NCBI GenBank assembly: GCA_947627695.1
Contig: CANQXF010000010.1
Coordinates: forward strand, 19,192-83,191
DNA: 64,000 nt
DNA from: an uncultured Ruminiclostridium sp.
GTDB taxonomy: Bacteria; Bacillota; Clostridia; Oscillospirales; Ruminococcaceae
Reading direction: 5' to 3'
The notes below the pieces were generated by a model. The model worked only from the letters and a program-made list of their open reading frames with translations, was not told where the DNA came from and searched no databases. This document shows, piece by piece, positions 28,489 through 38,245 of the stretch (position 1 is its first letter; each line of letters opens with the position of its first letter). Both the position numbers and the translations under genes were made by a program.

Positions 28489-29249
28489 CAGCCCACGTCC
28501 AGCCAAGATAAAAGCAGATCCCGTTCTTTTCCCGCCATATTTTTGTATTTTAGACCGCAGGCGGCGGCAAGGGGTATCCATTCCCGCAGGTAGCTAAGCT
28601 GTGAGCCGCTTTTTTCGCAGAATATGGCGAGGTAACGCTCCGCCGTTTCGGTGGAGGAAAAGGATAATTTCAGATAAGCGGTGGCGGCGTCTGCGGCGGA
28701 ATTTCCCACGCAGGCGGCGGACCAGTCCACGATAAACGCCTTGTCCAGCCCGTCGATAACTACGTTGTCGCCGCCGAAATTCCCGTGACACAGCTTTTTG
28801 TGCTGTGGCATAGAAGCAAGGCGGGTGAGCAGCTCGTACTTTTTCACCTCGTCGGTGTCAAGCGCCTTGATGTCCTCCGTCATTTTGTCCCTCAGCAGGG
28901 GAAGTCCCTCTATATAGACGGAATTTACGCTCAACTGGGCGGAAACGAGAAGCTCAAGATAATAATCCTGCTTGGCGGGATTTTCCTCTAAAAGCTGCTC
29001 CACAGTGAAGCCCTCTATATAGTCGGAAATTATCATAAAACGGTCGTCCGCCTTGGAAACGCCGTGAATTTTCGGCACGTTGAGCCCTGCTCCCGCCGCC
29101 ATAGACTGAAGCAAAGCTTCCCGCAGTATCAGCGGGGTGGGGCAGGTCTTGTCAAACAGCTTGTAAGCCTGATCCCCTATTGAGAGGACTTCCGTTTTAG
29201 CGCCCGAATAAACGGACTCGGCGGTTTTTTTAAGCTCCTGATAAGTCAT
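28488..29249 (-). CDS. Aminoglycoside phosphotransferase / choline-kinase-like fold protein (catalytic HGD is HGN)
   Basis: 253 aa; AYKLF, GLNVPKIHGV, LCHGNFGGDNVV, IVDW. Confidence 0.75.
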   Translation of the reverse strand: MTYQELKKTAESVYSGAKTEVLSIGDQAYKLFDKTCPTPLILREALLQSMAAGAGLNVPKIHGVSKADDRFMIISDYIEGFTVEQLLEENPAKQDYYLELLVSAQLSVNSVYIEGLPLLRDKMTEDIKALDTDEVKKYELLTRLASMPQHKKLCHGNFGGDNVVIDGLDKAFIVDWSAACVGNSAADAATAYLKLSFSSTETAERYLAIFCEKSGSQLSYLREWIPLAAACGLKYKNMAGKERDLLLSWLDVG

Positions 29250-29290
29250 AGGCGCTTTCCTTTCTTTGTTCTGTGTTTTCTCTTTTTGTA

Positions 29291-30412
29291 TTATTCTTCG
29301 CTGGGAGTGAATTTACCCACCAGAAGTGAAATTCCCGCCCCGAAAATTAAGGCGATAAAGCCTATCCCCGTTTCAATATTAAGACCGAAGCCCTCGGGCA
29401 GTATAGCGTACAGCGAGCCGAAGCAAAGCCCCAGTATTGCGCTGAACACCATAAGGCGGTATTTTTTCAGCAGAAATCTTATCAGCTTTGCGCCGAACAC
29501 CAGCCCTATCACCACGCCTATGGCGACGGGGATAAGCACGGCAAAGTTAAAGTCCTTGACTGCGCTGATAACGGTGGCGTAAGTACCCAGCAAAACCATT
29601 ATGAACGAGCCGCTGACGCCGGGAATAATCATAGCTATCGCCGCGGCGACTGACGCCAGCAGAATTATCGCTATAAAGCCAAAGCTAATCTTAACGCTGT
29701 ATTCGGAGGAAAAGGCGGGAGCGCTGTCCGCTTTTACGGTAAAGGTGACGCTCTCTCCGTTTTTCAGCTCCGTTTCTTCCTTTGGTATTATCGTGTCGGG
29801 AGTATCGTCAGGCGTTGCTCCGAACCAGCTTAAAACAGTTTCCAGCTTTCCGCCCTTGTGGATAAAGTCCACGTTTTTCGAGATAAGGGAAACATTTTCC
29901 CCCTCCTCAAGCTCAAGGCTCCAGCTTTCCATATCCTGACCGCTGTTGTTGGTAAAAACTACGGTGTAGGAATTTCCGTTTTCCGTCACGTTGATGGGAG
30001 CCTGCTCCCCGCTGCCGCCCTCAAGCACGGCAAGTCCCACCACCAGCGCCAAAGCGATAAGAAACGGCACGAAGCATATGGGACGGAAATTTTCCTTTAC
30101 CGTGGCGTTGCGCACTATCAGCGGGATACTGCCCAGAATAAGCCCTATAAAGAACATATAGGTTGGTGTGGGGAATTTGCTGAACAGCAGGGAGATTATG
30201 TTGGAAAAGCCCACTATCCCCAGCACCGCCCCTATTGCAAAAAAGATGAGGAATTTTATATTTTTCTTTATTTCCTTGAAGTCAAGCGCCAATGCTCCGC
30301 AAACCTTGTCGTAACAGCCGAAGGTCACCAGCATTGTGCCGCCGCTGACCCCGGGGATAACGTTTGCTATGCCGAACACCGCGCCGTACAGAATACCCAG
30401 AAGATCTTTCAT
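29291..30412 (-). CDS. DUF368 family membrane protein with inserted extracellular domain
   Basis: GIANVIPGVSGGTM and AMIIPGVSGSFIMVLLG repeats; ~110-aa soluble insert between the halves. Confidence 0.85.
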   Translation of the reverse strand: MKDLLGILYGAVFGIANVIPGVSGGTMLVTFGCYDKVCGALALDFKEIKKNIKFLIFFAIGAVLGIVGFSNIISLLFSKFPTPTYMFFIGLILGSIPLIVRNATVKENFRPICFVPFLIALALVVGLAVLEGGSGEQAPINVTENGNSYTVVFTNNSGQDMESWSLELEEGENVSLISKNVDFIHKGGKLETVLSWFGATPDDTPDTIIPKEETELKNGESVTFTVKADSAPAFSSEYSVKISFGFIAIILLASVAAAIAMIIPGVSGSFIMVLLGTYATVISAVKDFNFAVLIPVAIGVVIGLVFGAKLIRFLLKKYRLMVFSAILGLCFGSLYAILPEGFGLNIETGIGFIALIFGAGISLLVGKFTPSEE

Positions 30413-30463
30413 AATTTTTCCTTTTACGTTGATTTAAAACAATGTATTCGCCTGTCCGCAGAA

Positions 30464-32932
30464 TTATTCCGTGAACTTTTTCTGCACCTCGCGCCAGAAT
30501 GTGAACAGGAAAGTTATCACCAAAGCGATGAGCAGGAGCAGAAGCTCGGGCGGCTCAAAGCTGAACAGCCTGTTCAGGAAAGGAACGTATATCAGTACGA
30601 GGGAAACCAGGAACATTATCCCCGCCTGCAACATTCCCCCAAAGCTGCTGTTCTTGTCCTTCATCACCGAAACGAACGTGCGGCGGCGGGACGTGAACGT
30701 AAAGCCCTGAAGCACGGTTCCCACCGTCATCATCATAAGCAATACGGCTCTTTGCACGGCAGGGTCAAGCTCCAGCGTGAACAGGTAGAACAATGTTATG
30801 GCGATAGCCAGCGTTCCCCCCATTATAAATGAACGGAGGAAAAAGCCCTTGTTCATAATGCCCTTTCTGATATAGCCGCTGGAAATAAAGTCGGAGCGCA
30901 GGTCCCCCGTGTTCCCCACCAGAGTGGAGGCGGCGACGGGAAATACCACAAAGGAAAGCAAAGCGGGAAGAATGGGGAGAGAAAGCACTGCTCCGCCCAC
31001 TGCCACAGCCACCGCCGCAAAGATCGCGAGGGCGGCGTGAGCAGACAAAAGCAGGTTCAGCGCACTTTTTATATTGCGGTGTATCTGTCTGCTCTCCTTG
31101 ATTGCGTCCGCAACGGCGAGGAAGTTGTCGTCCCCCATAAGCAGGTCGCAGCTTTCGCAGGCGGCGGGAGTTGAGCTGCTGCTTGACGCTATCCCCACGT
31201 CGGATTCCTCAAGCAGCTCCACGTCGTCGGAGCCTGTTCCAACCATAGCCACGGTTTCGCCGCTGTCCTTCAGCATTTTCACCACCTGAAGCCTTTGCTG
31301 AGGGGTGACTCGGGCGAAAATGCCCACCTTATCAAGATCGGGGAAAGGTCCTTCCCCGCTGTATTCCTCAAGCTCCGCGCCTGTCACGGTCTGCGTGCTT
31401 TGCAGACCTATCTGCCTGCCAACGGCGGCGGCCGCTTCCTCATTGTCGCCCGTTATCATAATTACACGGACGCCCGACCTTATGCAGGATTTCACCGCAT
31501 AGGGAACGGTGTCGCGGGTGGTGTTCTCAAGGGCGACCAGACCGATGTATTCATATCTTATGTCGGACAGCTTTTCGGGCGCGGCGTCCTGCGGGGCAAG
31601 AGTGGAGTATGCCACCGCCAGCACCTGCCGCCCCTGTTTGGTGTAGGACTGCCTTTTCTGCTGGATATAGTGTATCTCGTCAGGCTCTATTTCGCACAGG
31701 GCGAGTATCTCTTCGGGGCTGCCCTTTATGCAGAGCAGCTTCTGTCCGTTTATCTCCCAGAGATTTCCCGCCATTTTTGCATTTTCGGTAAAGGGGTAGG
31801 AGGCTATCCTGCGGTTGGAGAAAAGCTCCTTTGAATCTGCCCCGCCGAAAGCGGCGTAAAGCAGTATCGCCTTTTCCTCCGCAAGGGTAGGTGTGGGCTC
31901 GCAGGCTAAAACGCACACGTTGGTGAACAGACGGTTGTTTTCGGTGAACACGTCCGCCACCTCGATATGGCTCTTTGTGACAGTGCCCGTCTTTTCCACG
32001 CAAATGCAGGTGATAGCGCTGAGCTGTTCCACCGTGCCGATATTTTTCACAAGGGCGTGATGGCGGCTCATTGAGGAGGCGCCGTCAAGGTAGATGAGCC
32101 GTACCAGCTTGTCCGCCTGAGAGGGGATAAAGCAGATCCCTACCGAAACGGCGGGGAGAACTATCTGCGTCAGCACCTGAATGTAGTCGGTTATCTCCCC
32201 CGCCCTCAGAAAGCAGACAAAAGCGGTTATTACTGCGGCGGCTAAGCCCACAATACACATTATCCTGCTGGGCTTTTTCAGACTTTCCTCTATGCGGGAG
32301 CCTGTTCTCGTTTCGTGGCGCTTGATAACTGCGTCCTCGCCTGTGGCGAATACGCGGGCGATAAGACTTCCGCTTAAAATAAGGGTATTCTTGTAGATAC
32401 AGGTGGATTTCGGAAGAGCGTTGCCGCTGTCTGCGCCGGGTCTTTTCACTGCGGGAGAGGAGTCGCCTGTGATAAGGCTTTCGTCCACGGTCAGGTCCTC
32501 CGACTCAAGCAGATGTGCGTCGGCGGGAACGCGTTCCCCGCCCTGAAGCACGATTATATCGTCGGGAACTATGTTTTCCTTGCGGATAAGGGTAAGCTCC
32601 CCGTCTCTTATAACGCGGAATTTCATACCCGCCAGCTTTTTCACCAGCTCCTGCCGTTCAAACAGGCGCAGCTGCCATATCGCGTCTCCCGCCGTCAGCA
32701 TAACGGTGAGCAGGAGCATTACTGCCCCCAAAGTGAACTGCCCCGCCGCAAAGAGCAGTATTGCGGCGACAACTTGTGCGAAAAAGCGCGGGGTAAGTAT
32801 GGCTTTTTTAAGGCTGTACGGCGGCTGGGGTGAAATGCGGTCGTCGTTGGAGCCGTACATTTTCAGGTTTTCCTCCGCCTGAGCCGTTGTCAGTCCGTTG
32901 TAATCGCCTTTGAAATTAAGTATCTGTGACAT
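30464..32932 (-). CDS. P-type (P2-like) cation-transporting ATPase homolog with degenerate catalytic motifs
   Basis: 822 aa; VDESLITGDS, CVEKTGT, KGSPE, MITGDN, FARVTPQQR. Confidence 0.85.
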   Translation of the reverse strand: MSQILNFKGDYNGLTTAQAEENLKMYGSNDDRISPQPPYSLKKAILTPRFFAQVVAAILLFAAGQFTLGAVMLLLTVMLTAGDAIWQLRLFERQELVKKLAGMKFRVIRDGELTLIRKENIVPDDIIVLQGGERVPADAHLLESEDLTVDESLITGDSSPAVKRPGADSGNALPKSTCIYKNTLILSGSLIARVFATGEDAVIKRHETRTGSRIEESLKKPSRIMCIVGLAAAVITAFVCFLRAGEITDYIQVLTQIVLPAVSVGICFIPSQADKLVRLIYLDGASSMSRHHALVKNIGTVEQLSAITCICVEKTGTVTKSHIEVADVFTENNRLFTNVCVLACEPTPTLAEEKAILLYAAFGGADSKELFSNRRIASYPFTENAKMAGNLWEINGQKLLCIKGSPEEILALCEIEPDEIHYIQQKRQSYTKQGRQVLAVAYSTLAPQDAAPEKLSDIRYEYIGLVALENTTRDTVPYAVKSCIRSGVRVIMITGDNEEAAAAVGRQIGLQSTQTVTGAELEEYSGEGPFPDLDKVGIFARVTPQQRLQVVKMLKDSGETVAMVGTGSDDVELLEESDVGIASSSSSTPAACESCDLLMGDDNFLAVADAIKESRQIHRNIKSALNLLLSAHAALAIFAAVAVAVGGAVLSLPILPALLSFVVFPVAASTLVGNTGDLRSDFISSGYIRKGIMNKGFFLRSFIMGGTLAIAITLFYLFTLELDPAVQRAVLLMMMTVGTVLQGFTFTSRRRTFVSVMKDKNSSFGGMLQAGIMFLVSLVLIYVPFLNRLFSFEPPELLLLLIALVITFLFTFWREVQKKFTE

Positions 32933-33056
32933 TTATTCCTCGTATATTTTTGTTATTTTAAGGTTTTATTTTTGTGCATAGTGCTTATAATTATTTTTAT
33001 TATATCATAAATATGTAGTTAAGTAAACACTTTTTTCACATTTTTCGGCAAAACAA

Positions 33057-33525
33057 ATACAGTTGACAGTGTACAGTTGACAGTTGACAGTTGTGGTTCC
33101 GCTTCGCGGACGGATCGGGATTGCCGCCTGCTCATCTTTCACATCTGCTCCTACGCGGGGCGGCGAAGCCGCCGACGCCTGCGGAGCAGGAGTCGGGCAA
33201 GCCTGCCGAGGGCAGGCTTGCCGCTTGCCCGCGAAGCGGGCAAGCGCGGCTTCGCCGCCCCTGACAAGCAGTTGTTTGCTTAAGGAACAAAGTGAAAGTC
33301 CGCCTGTGAAAGTCCAGCACAAGAAAATAAAAAACGGCAGGCACACAAATTCGCACCTGCCATTCCAATCCCATTTTTCGCCAAAGGCGATGTCCAATAT
33401 TGCGGTATTGCGGAGCAATATGGATTGCCTTTAGGGCAATCCAAGCAATGTTGGATCGTACTTCCGCCGAAGGCGGAAGTACTGAATTCCACAACTTTAC
33501 ACTGTGCACTGTCAACTGTCAACTG
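33057..33525. repeat. Composite intergenic repeat (family A ends enclosing family B and the TTGCCCTAAAGGCAA module)
   Basis: Heptamer arrays at both ends in inverted orientation; begins 3 nt after the mazF stop on the minus strand. Confidence 0.85.
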
Positions 33526-33528
33526 TTC

Positions 33529-33873
33529 TTACTCCAGCCCAAAGCTGACGGACAGGGCATTGTCCACCCTGTGCATAGCGTCGTTGTCCAGCTCGCCCAT
33601 TCTCTCCTTCAGCCTTTTCTTGTCTAATGTACGGACCTGCTCCAGCAGAACGATAGAGTCCTTGGCAAGCCCGTAGCGTTCTGCGTCCAGAGATATGTGG
33701 GTGGGCAATCTGGACTTTTCCTTCTGACTTGTTATCGCCGCCGCTATCACCGTGGGAGAGTGGCGGTTGCCCATATCGTTCTGGACTATCAGCACGGGTC
33801 TTACTCCTCCTTGCTCGGAGCCGACCACGGGACTGAGGTCCGCATAATAAATTTCTCCTCTTTTTACTGTCAT
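33529..33873 (-). CDS. mazF: MazF/PemK family endoribonuclease toxin (NdoA/EndoA-like)
   Basis: [51 protein letters not shown]. Confidence 0.92.
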   Translation of the reverse strand: MTVKRGEIYYADLSPVVGSEQGGVRPVLIVQNDMGNRHSPTVIAAAITSQKEKSRLPTHISLDAERYGLAKDSIVLLEQVRTLDKKRLKERMGELDNDAMHRVDNALSVSFGLE

Positions 33874-34127
33874 TTTTCTTTTCCTTTCGTAATTTGCCTG
33901 TGGAACGTCAGGTTTTTCCCTGCATATCTATTGTTGACCGCATATGGAAAAATATTCGGAATTTTTTTCAAAAGGGGAAAACGGTAAATTCCCCTTTAAC
34001 ATTTTATTAAATACATCGGGGTTTGGTGAATTTTTCCCGTATTGACTTTCACCGTATTTCTGATATAATTATTATAAGATGTAATATAGTGAAAAAGCGG
34101 CGTTTTGCCGTTATGGAGGAAAACATT

Positions 34128-35468
34128 ATGAAAAAATTTATCTGTATCACGCTGGCGCTGGCTTTGCTTGCGCTGGGCGGCTGCAATAACGGCGAGACGG
34201 AGGGAACTCAAAGCGGAGATAATTCCCAGAGCTCCCAAAGCTCCGAAAGCGCCGAGAACAGCAGCAGCGCTGAAAACAATGAAACAGGAGAGGTGACACA
34301 CTTGGACAGCTTTGGCAAAAATCCCCCTGTTGAAACCTCGGAATATCCCATCACCGAGCCCACCGAGGGAATGAGCGAGGAGGAGCAAAGGCAGCTTATG
34401 ATAGACAACAGCCTGATGTCTATGGGCGATACCTCGAGAATGGTAAAGGTGCTGCAAAAGGCGGCGTCAGGCGAGGAGATAACCATAGGCTACATAGGCG
34501 GCTCTATCACCGAGGGAATGACCGTGGGTGCAGAGAAATGCTGGGCGAAGCTCACCTACGAAGCCCTGTGCGAAATGTACCCCGATACAAAGATAAACTA
34601 CGTAAATGCGGGGCTCAGCGGCACGCCCTCAGTACTGGGCGTGGTGAGAGCAGAGAGGGACCTGTACTCCGAATACACCCCTGACATCGTTTTCGTGGAA
34701 TTTGCGGTGAACGACGGCGGCGAACAGATATACAAGGACAGCTACGAAAGCCTTGTAAGAAAGCTGCTGGAAAAGGAAAACAACCCTGCGGTGGTACTGC
34801 TGTTCACCGTACTGAAAAACGAATACAGCTGTCAGCCCTGGATGACTATGGTGGGCGAGCATTATAACCTGCCTATGATAAGCGTTGGCAACGCCATAAA
34901 TCCCATGTTCCATGAGGGACTGCTGAAGTGGGAGGATTATTCCGATGACGAATCCCACCCTAACTTGTGGGGACACGAGCTGCTTAAGGATTTCAATATG
35001 AATTATTTCAACAAGGTAAAGGAAATTGCGGATCAGGAAACTGCTCCCGAGATCCCCGCCCTGCCTGAAGATACTGTCTACTCCGACGCATATAAGGGAA
35101 TGAAGCTGCTGGAAAGGGACGAGATGAACGCCGAAGTTGAGGGTCTCAGAGAGGCGGACACCATAATCGCCACCTTCAACAACGGCTGGACCACCAGAGA
35201 TGCTGACGGCTCAAGCGTCAAATTCATGGCGGAATTCAGGACCCTGTTCCTTATATTCAATTGCAAAAACAGCGACAAATACGGCAATGCAGACGTTTAT
35301 ATCGACGGCGTGAAGGTGAAGACCTTAAGCTCGGGACGTTCAGGCGGCTGGGGAAATCCAGAGGCGGACATAGCCTGGTCGGGGGAAAAGAGCGCATCTC
35401 ATGAGGTCGAGATAAAGATAGAGGACGGAAAATACTACGGCTTCCTTGGCGTAGGTATCAGTGACTGA
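34128..35468 (+). CDS. SGNH/GDSL hydrolase lipoprotein
   Basis: Lipobox LGGC; IGGSITEG, VNAGLSG, VEFAVND, DESHPN; promoter TTGACT-16-TATAAT at 34042-34069. Confidence 0.85.
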   Translation: MKKFICITLALALLALGGCNNGETEGTQSGDNSQSSQSSESAENSSSAENNETGEVTHLDSFGKNPPVETSEYPITEPTEGMSEEEQRQLMIDNSLMSMGDTSRMVKVLQKAASGEEITIGYIGGSITEGMTVGAEKCWAKLTYEALCEMYPDTKINYVNAGLSGTPSVLGVVRAERDLYSEYTPDIVFVEFAVNDGGEQIYKDSYESLVRKLLEKENNPAVVLLFTVLKNEYSCQPWMTMVGEHYNLPMISVGNAINPMFHEGLLKWEDYSDDESHPNLWGHELLKDFNMNYFNKVKEIADQETAPEIPALPEDTVYSDAYKGMKLLERDEMNAEVEGLREADTIIATFNNGWTTRDADGSSVKFMAEFRTLFLIFNCKNSDKYGNADVYIDGVKVKTLSSGRSGGWGNPEADIAWSGEKSASHEVEIKIEDGKYYGFLGVGISD

Positions 35469-35502
35469 GCTTCTTCTGAAATTATGATAGCACAGCCTGA
35501 CA

Positions 35503-36711
35503 GTGCAAAACAATGAAAATTTTTCGGCGCAAAAGCGGCGACAAGGGAAAAAGAGTATGGCGGAGCAGGGCAGGGAAGATACTCCCAAAAAAGAAAAAAA
35601 GCCGCTTTCAAAGCGGGGAAAACATATGCTCATACGATGGACGGCGGCGGCAGTTATGACGCTGCTGTCCTTTGCTGTGCTTTTTGCCGCAAGGTCAAGC
35701 ACCGCCTTTGCCGACTGGTTCGACGCTTGCGTTTACCCTGTGTTTTCGGGGATAGGCTCGCGGCTGTGGGGGCTTTTACCCTTTTCGGCGGGGGAATTTT
35801 TCGTTATCCTGTTTATTGCGGCGGTTTTAGTGGGAATAGTCCTGCTTGTGATATTCGTGATAAGGGGAAAGGGACACCGACTGCTCACCCTGTTCGGCGG
35901 GCTTTCCTACGGGGGAATAGCGGCGGCGGTGCTTTTCCTGCTGATGACCTTCAACTGCCTTGTGAATTACAGCAGAACGCCTTTTTCCGCATACAGCGGG
36001 CTGACGCTGAGGGCCTATTCCAAGGAGGAGCTTCAGGAATACACGGAGTATCTTATTGCTCAGGCAAATCAGTGCGCCGAAAAAGTCCGGCTTGACGAAA
36101 ACGGCAGGGCGGTGAAGCCTGAGGAATTTGACCGCCTTGCGATAGAGGCGATGGAAAAGCAGGGGCAGAAATACCCCGTTCTTGATACATACTATCCAAA
36201 GCCAAAGGCGGTGGTGTTTTCCTCTGTGATGTCCGCCTTTGACACGGCGGGGATATACTTTCCCATAACGGTGGAGGCGAACTATAATCAGGCTATGCCC
36301 GTTTCCTCCCAGGGCTTTACCGCCTGCCACGAGCTGAGCCATCTCAGCGGCTTTATCCGTGAGGACGAGGCGAATTTTATTGCGTTCATCGCCTGCCGTG
36401 ACAGCGGGGACGAATATTTCAGGTACAGCGGGTATCTGGGCGCGCTCACATACACGCTGAACGCATACAACACGGTCGCCTCGAAAGAGGAATACTATCA
36501 GGTCTACGCACAAATTTCCCCTGTGATAACGGCGGAATTTGCGTACAGGAACGAATACTGGGCGCAGTACAGGGACAAGGGCACGTATAAGACCGCCGCC
36601 GCTGTAAACAACGCCTATCTCCAGGCGAACGGGCAGACGGACGGCTCAAGGAGCTACGGGAGAATGGTGGACCTGCTGTTGGCGGAATACTTTGGGGAGC
36701 AGCAGTCTTGA
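35503..36711 (+). CDS. DUF3810 family membrane protein (HExxH motif)
   Basis: GIYFPITVEANYN, TACHELSHLSGFIREDEANFIAF. Confidence 0.8.
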   Translation: MQNNENFSAQKRRQGKKSMAEQGREDTPKKEKKPLSKRGKHMLIRWTAAAVMTLLSFAVLFAARSSTAFADWFDACVYPVFSGIGSRLWGLLPFSAGEFFVILFIAAVLVGIVLLVIFVIRGKGHRLLTLFGGLSYGGIAAAVLFLLMTFNCLVNYSRTPFSAYSGLTLRAYSKEELQEYTEYLIAQANQCAEKVRLDENGRAVKPEEFDRLAIEAMEKQGQKYPVLDTYYPKPKAVVFSSVMSAFDTAGIYFPITVEANYNQAMPVSSQGFTACHELSHLSGFIREDEANFIAFIACRDSGDEYFRYSGYLGALTYTLNAYNTVASKEEYYQVYAQISPVITAEFAYRNEYWAQYRDKGTYKTAAAVNNAYLQANGQTDGSRSYGRMVDLLLAEYFGEQQS

Positions 36712-36983
36712 GATAAAGGGAAGAAGTGCGATGCTTAGAGTGTTGTGCGTGCGGCGAAGCCGCCGACGCCGAAGGCGTCGGGCAAGCCTGCGCAGCAGGC
36801 TTGCTGTTTGCCCGCGAAGCGGGCAAACACGGCTTCGCCGCCCCGCGTAGGAGCAGGCGTGAAAGATACGCAGGCGGCAAGACCTTTCTTAAGCACAACA
36901 AGATCTCAAAAGTGCTCCCGATAAATTACTGCCCCTGCTCCACAAACCTTCAAATAAACCCATTCAAAAGGACGTACACAAAA

Positions 36984-38222
36984 ATGAACTTTAACTTTGA
37001 CTCAAAAATAATCTCCGCCGCACAAAAGGCAGAACAGAGGATCGTTCCCGCTTTCGCACGGATAGAGGAGACCTGCCGCCTTAACAGCGAAAAGGTGCTG
37101 AAAGCCTTTATTGACAACCGTGTAGGGGATATGCACCTGAAAGGGACCACGGGCTACGGCTACGGCGACGAGGGACGGGACAAGCTGGACGAAGTGTTTG
37201 CCTCAGCTCTGGGAGCAGAGGACGCCCTGGTACGCCACAGCTTCGTGAACGGCACCCACGCCCTTTCCACCGCCCTTTTCGGCGTACTTCGCCCCAACGA
37301 CCTTATGCTTGCGGTGACAGGCAGACCTTACGACACTCTGGAGCAGGTGATATTCGGGGACAGCGGCGGCTCGCTTAAAGAGTTCGGCGTTAAATATCAG
37401 CAGATAGACCTGCTCCCCGACGGCACTCCCTATTACGAAAAAATAGCGGAGCTGTCAAAGTCCGCCAAAATGGTGTATATCCAGCGTTCAAGGGGATATT
37501 CTCTCCGCCCGTCACTGACCGTTGAGGTGATAGGAAGGATAGTTTCCGCAGTCAGGGATGCAGGCAGCAGCGCCGTGATAATGGTGGACAACTGCTACGG
37601 CGAATTTGTTGAGGAAAAGGAACCTCTCGCCGTGGGCGCAGACCTTATCGCAGGATCGCTGATAAAAAATCCCGGCGGCGGCATCTGCTCCACAGGCGGC
37701 TATATCGCAGGGAGAAAAGACTTGGTGGAGCTTTGCTCCTATCGCCTTACCACAGTGGGAACAGGCAAGGAGGCGGGCTGTTCACTTTCCCAGAACAGGG
37801 AGATGTTTATGGGACTGTTCAACGCTCCCGCTGCCGTGGCAAATGCGCTGAAGACTTCGGTGTTTGCTTCTGCGCTCTTTGAGGAGCTGGGCTTTACTGC
37901 GCTTCCCTCTTATGATGAATACAGAACGGACATAATCTGCTCCATAAAACTGGGCAGTCCCGAAAAGCTCATCGCTTTCTGCAAAGGCATTCAGGCGGCC
38001 AGTCCCGTTGACAGCACCGCCGCCCCCGAGCCTTGGGATATGCCGGGTTACGGCTGCAAGGTGATAATGGCGGCAGGCTGTTTCACTATGGGAAGCTCCA
38101 TCGAGCTTTCCGCGGACGCGCCTTTGCGTGAGCCCTATGCAGTCTGGGTTCAGGGTGGAGTTTCGTATTACGCCGCAAGACTTGGCATTATGAATGCGGC
38201 ACAGATGACGCTTGAAAGCTGA
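36984..38222 (+). CDS. Methionine gamma-lyase family / aluminium-resistance protein (YnbB-like)
   Basis: ATG 36984; GTTGYGYGDEGRD, FVNGTHAL, YIQRSRGYS, VDNCYGEF, GSLIKNPGGG. Confidence 0.88.
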   Translation: MNFNFDSKIISAAQKAEQRIVPAFARIEETCRLNSEKVLKAFIDNRVGDMHLKGTTGYGYGDEGRDKLDEVFASALGAEDALVRHSFVNGTHALSTALFGVLRPNDLMLAVTGRPYDTLEQVIFGDSGGSLKEFGVKYQQIDLLPDGTPYYEKIAELSKSAKMVYIQRSRGYSLRPSLTVEVIGRIVSAVRDAGSSAVIMVDNCYGEFVEEKEPLAVGADLIAGSLIKNPGGGICSTGGYIAGRKDLVELCSYRLTTVGTGKEAGCSLSQNREMFMGLFNAPAAVANALKTSVFASALFEELGFTALPSYDEYRTDIICSIKLGSPEKLIAFCKGIQAASPVDSTAAPEPWDMPGYGCKVIMAAGCFTMGSSIELSADAPLREPYAVWVQGGVSYYAARLGIMNAAQMTLES

Positions 38223-38245
38223 CAGCTTTTGAAAAGGACAACGCT

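Noticed and set aside
33005-33522. ORFs inside repeat regions (e.g. MTVYSVQLTV..., STVNCQL..., also 10832-11405, 14317-14799, 53161-53889, 55373-55710, 63379-63670)
   Set aside because: Translations simply reflect heptamer and hairpin repeats; no RBS or protein-like composition
33880-33960. Sporulation sigma (G/E/K) promoter for mazF
   Set aside because: GAATA and CATA-like words are present but spacing does not fit a consensus convincingly
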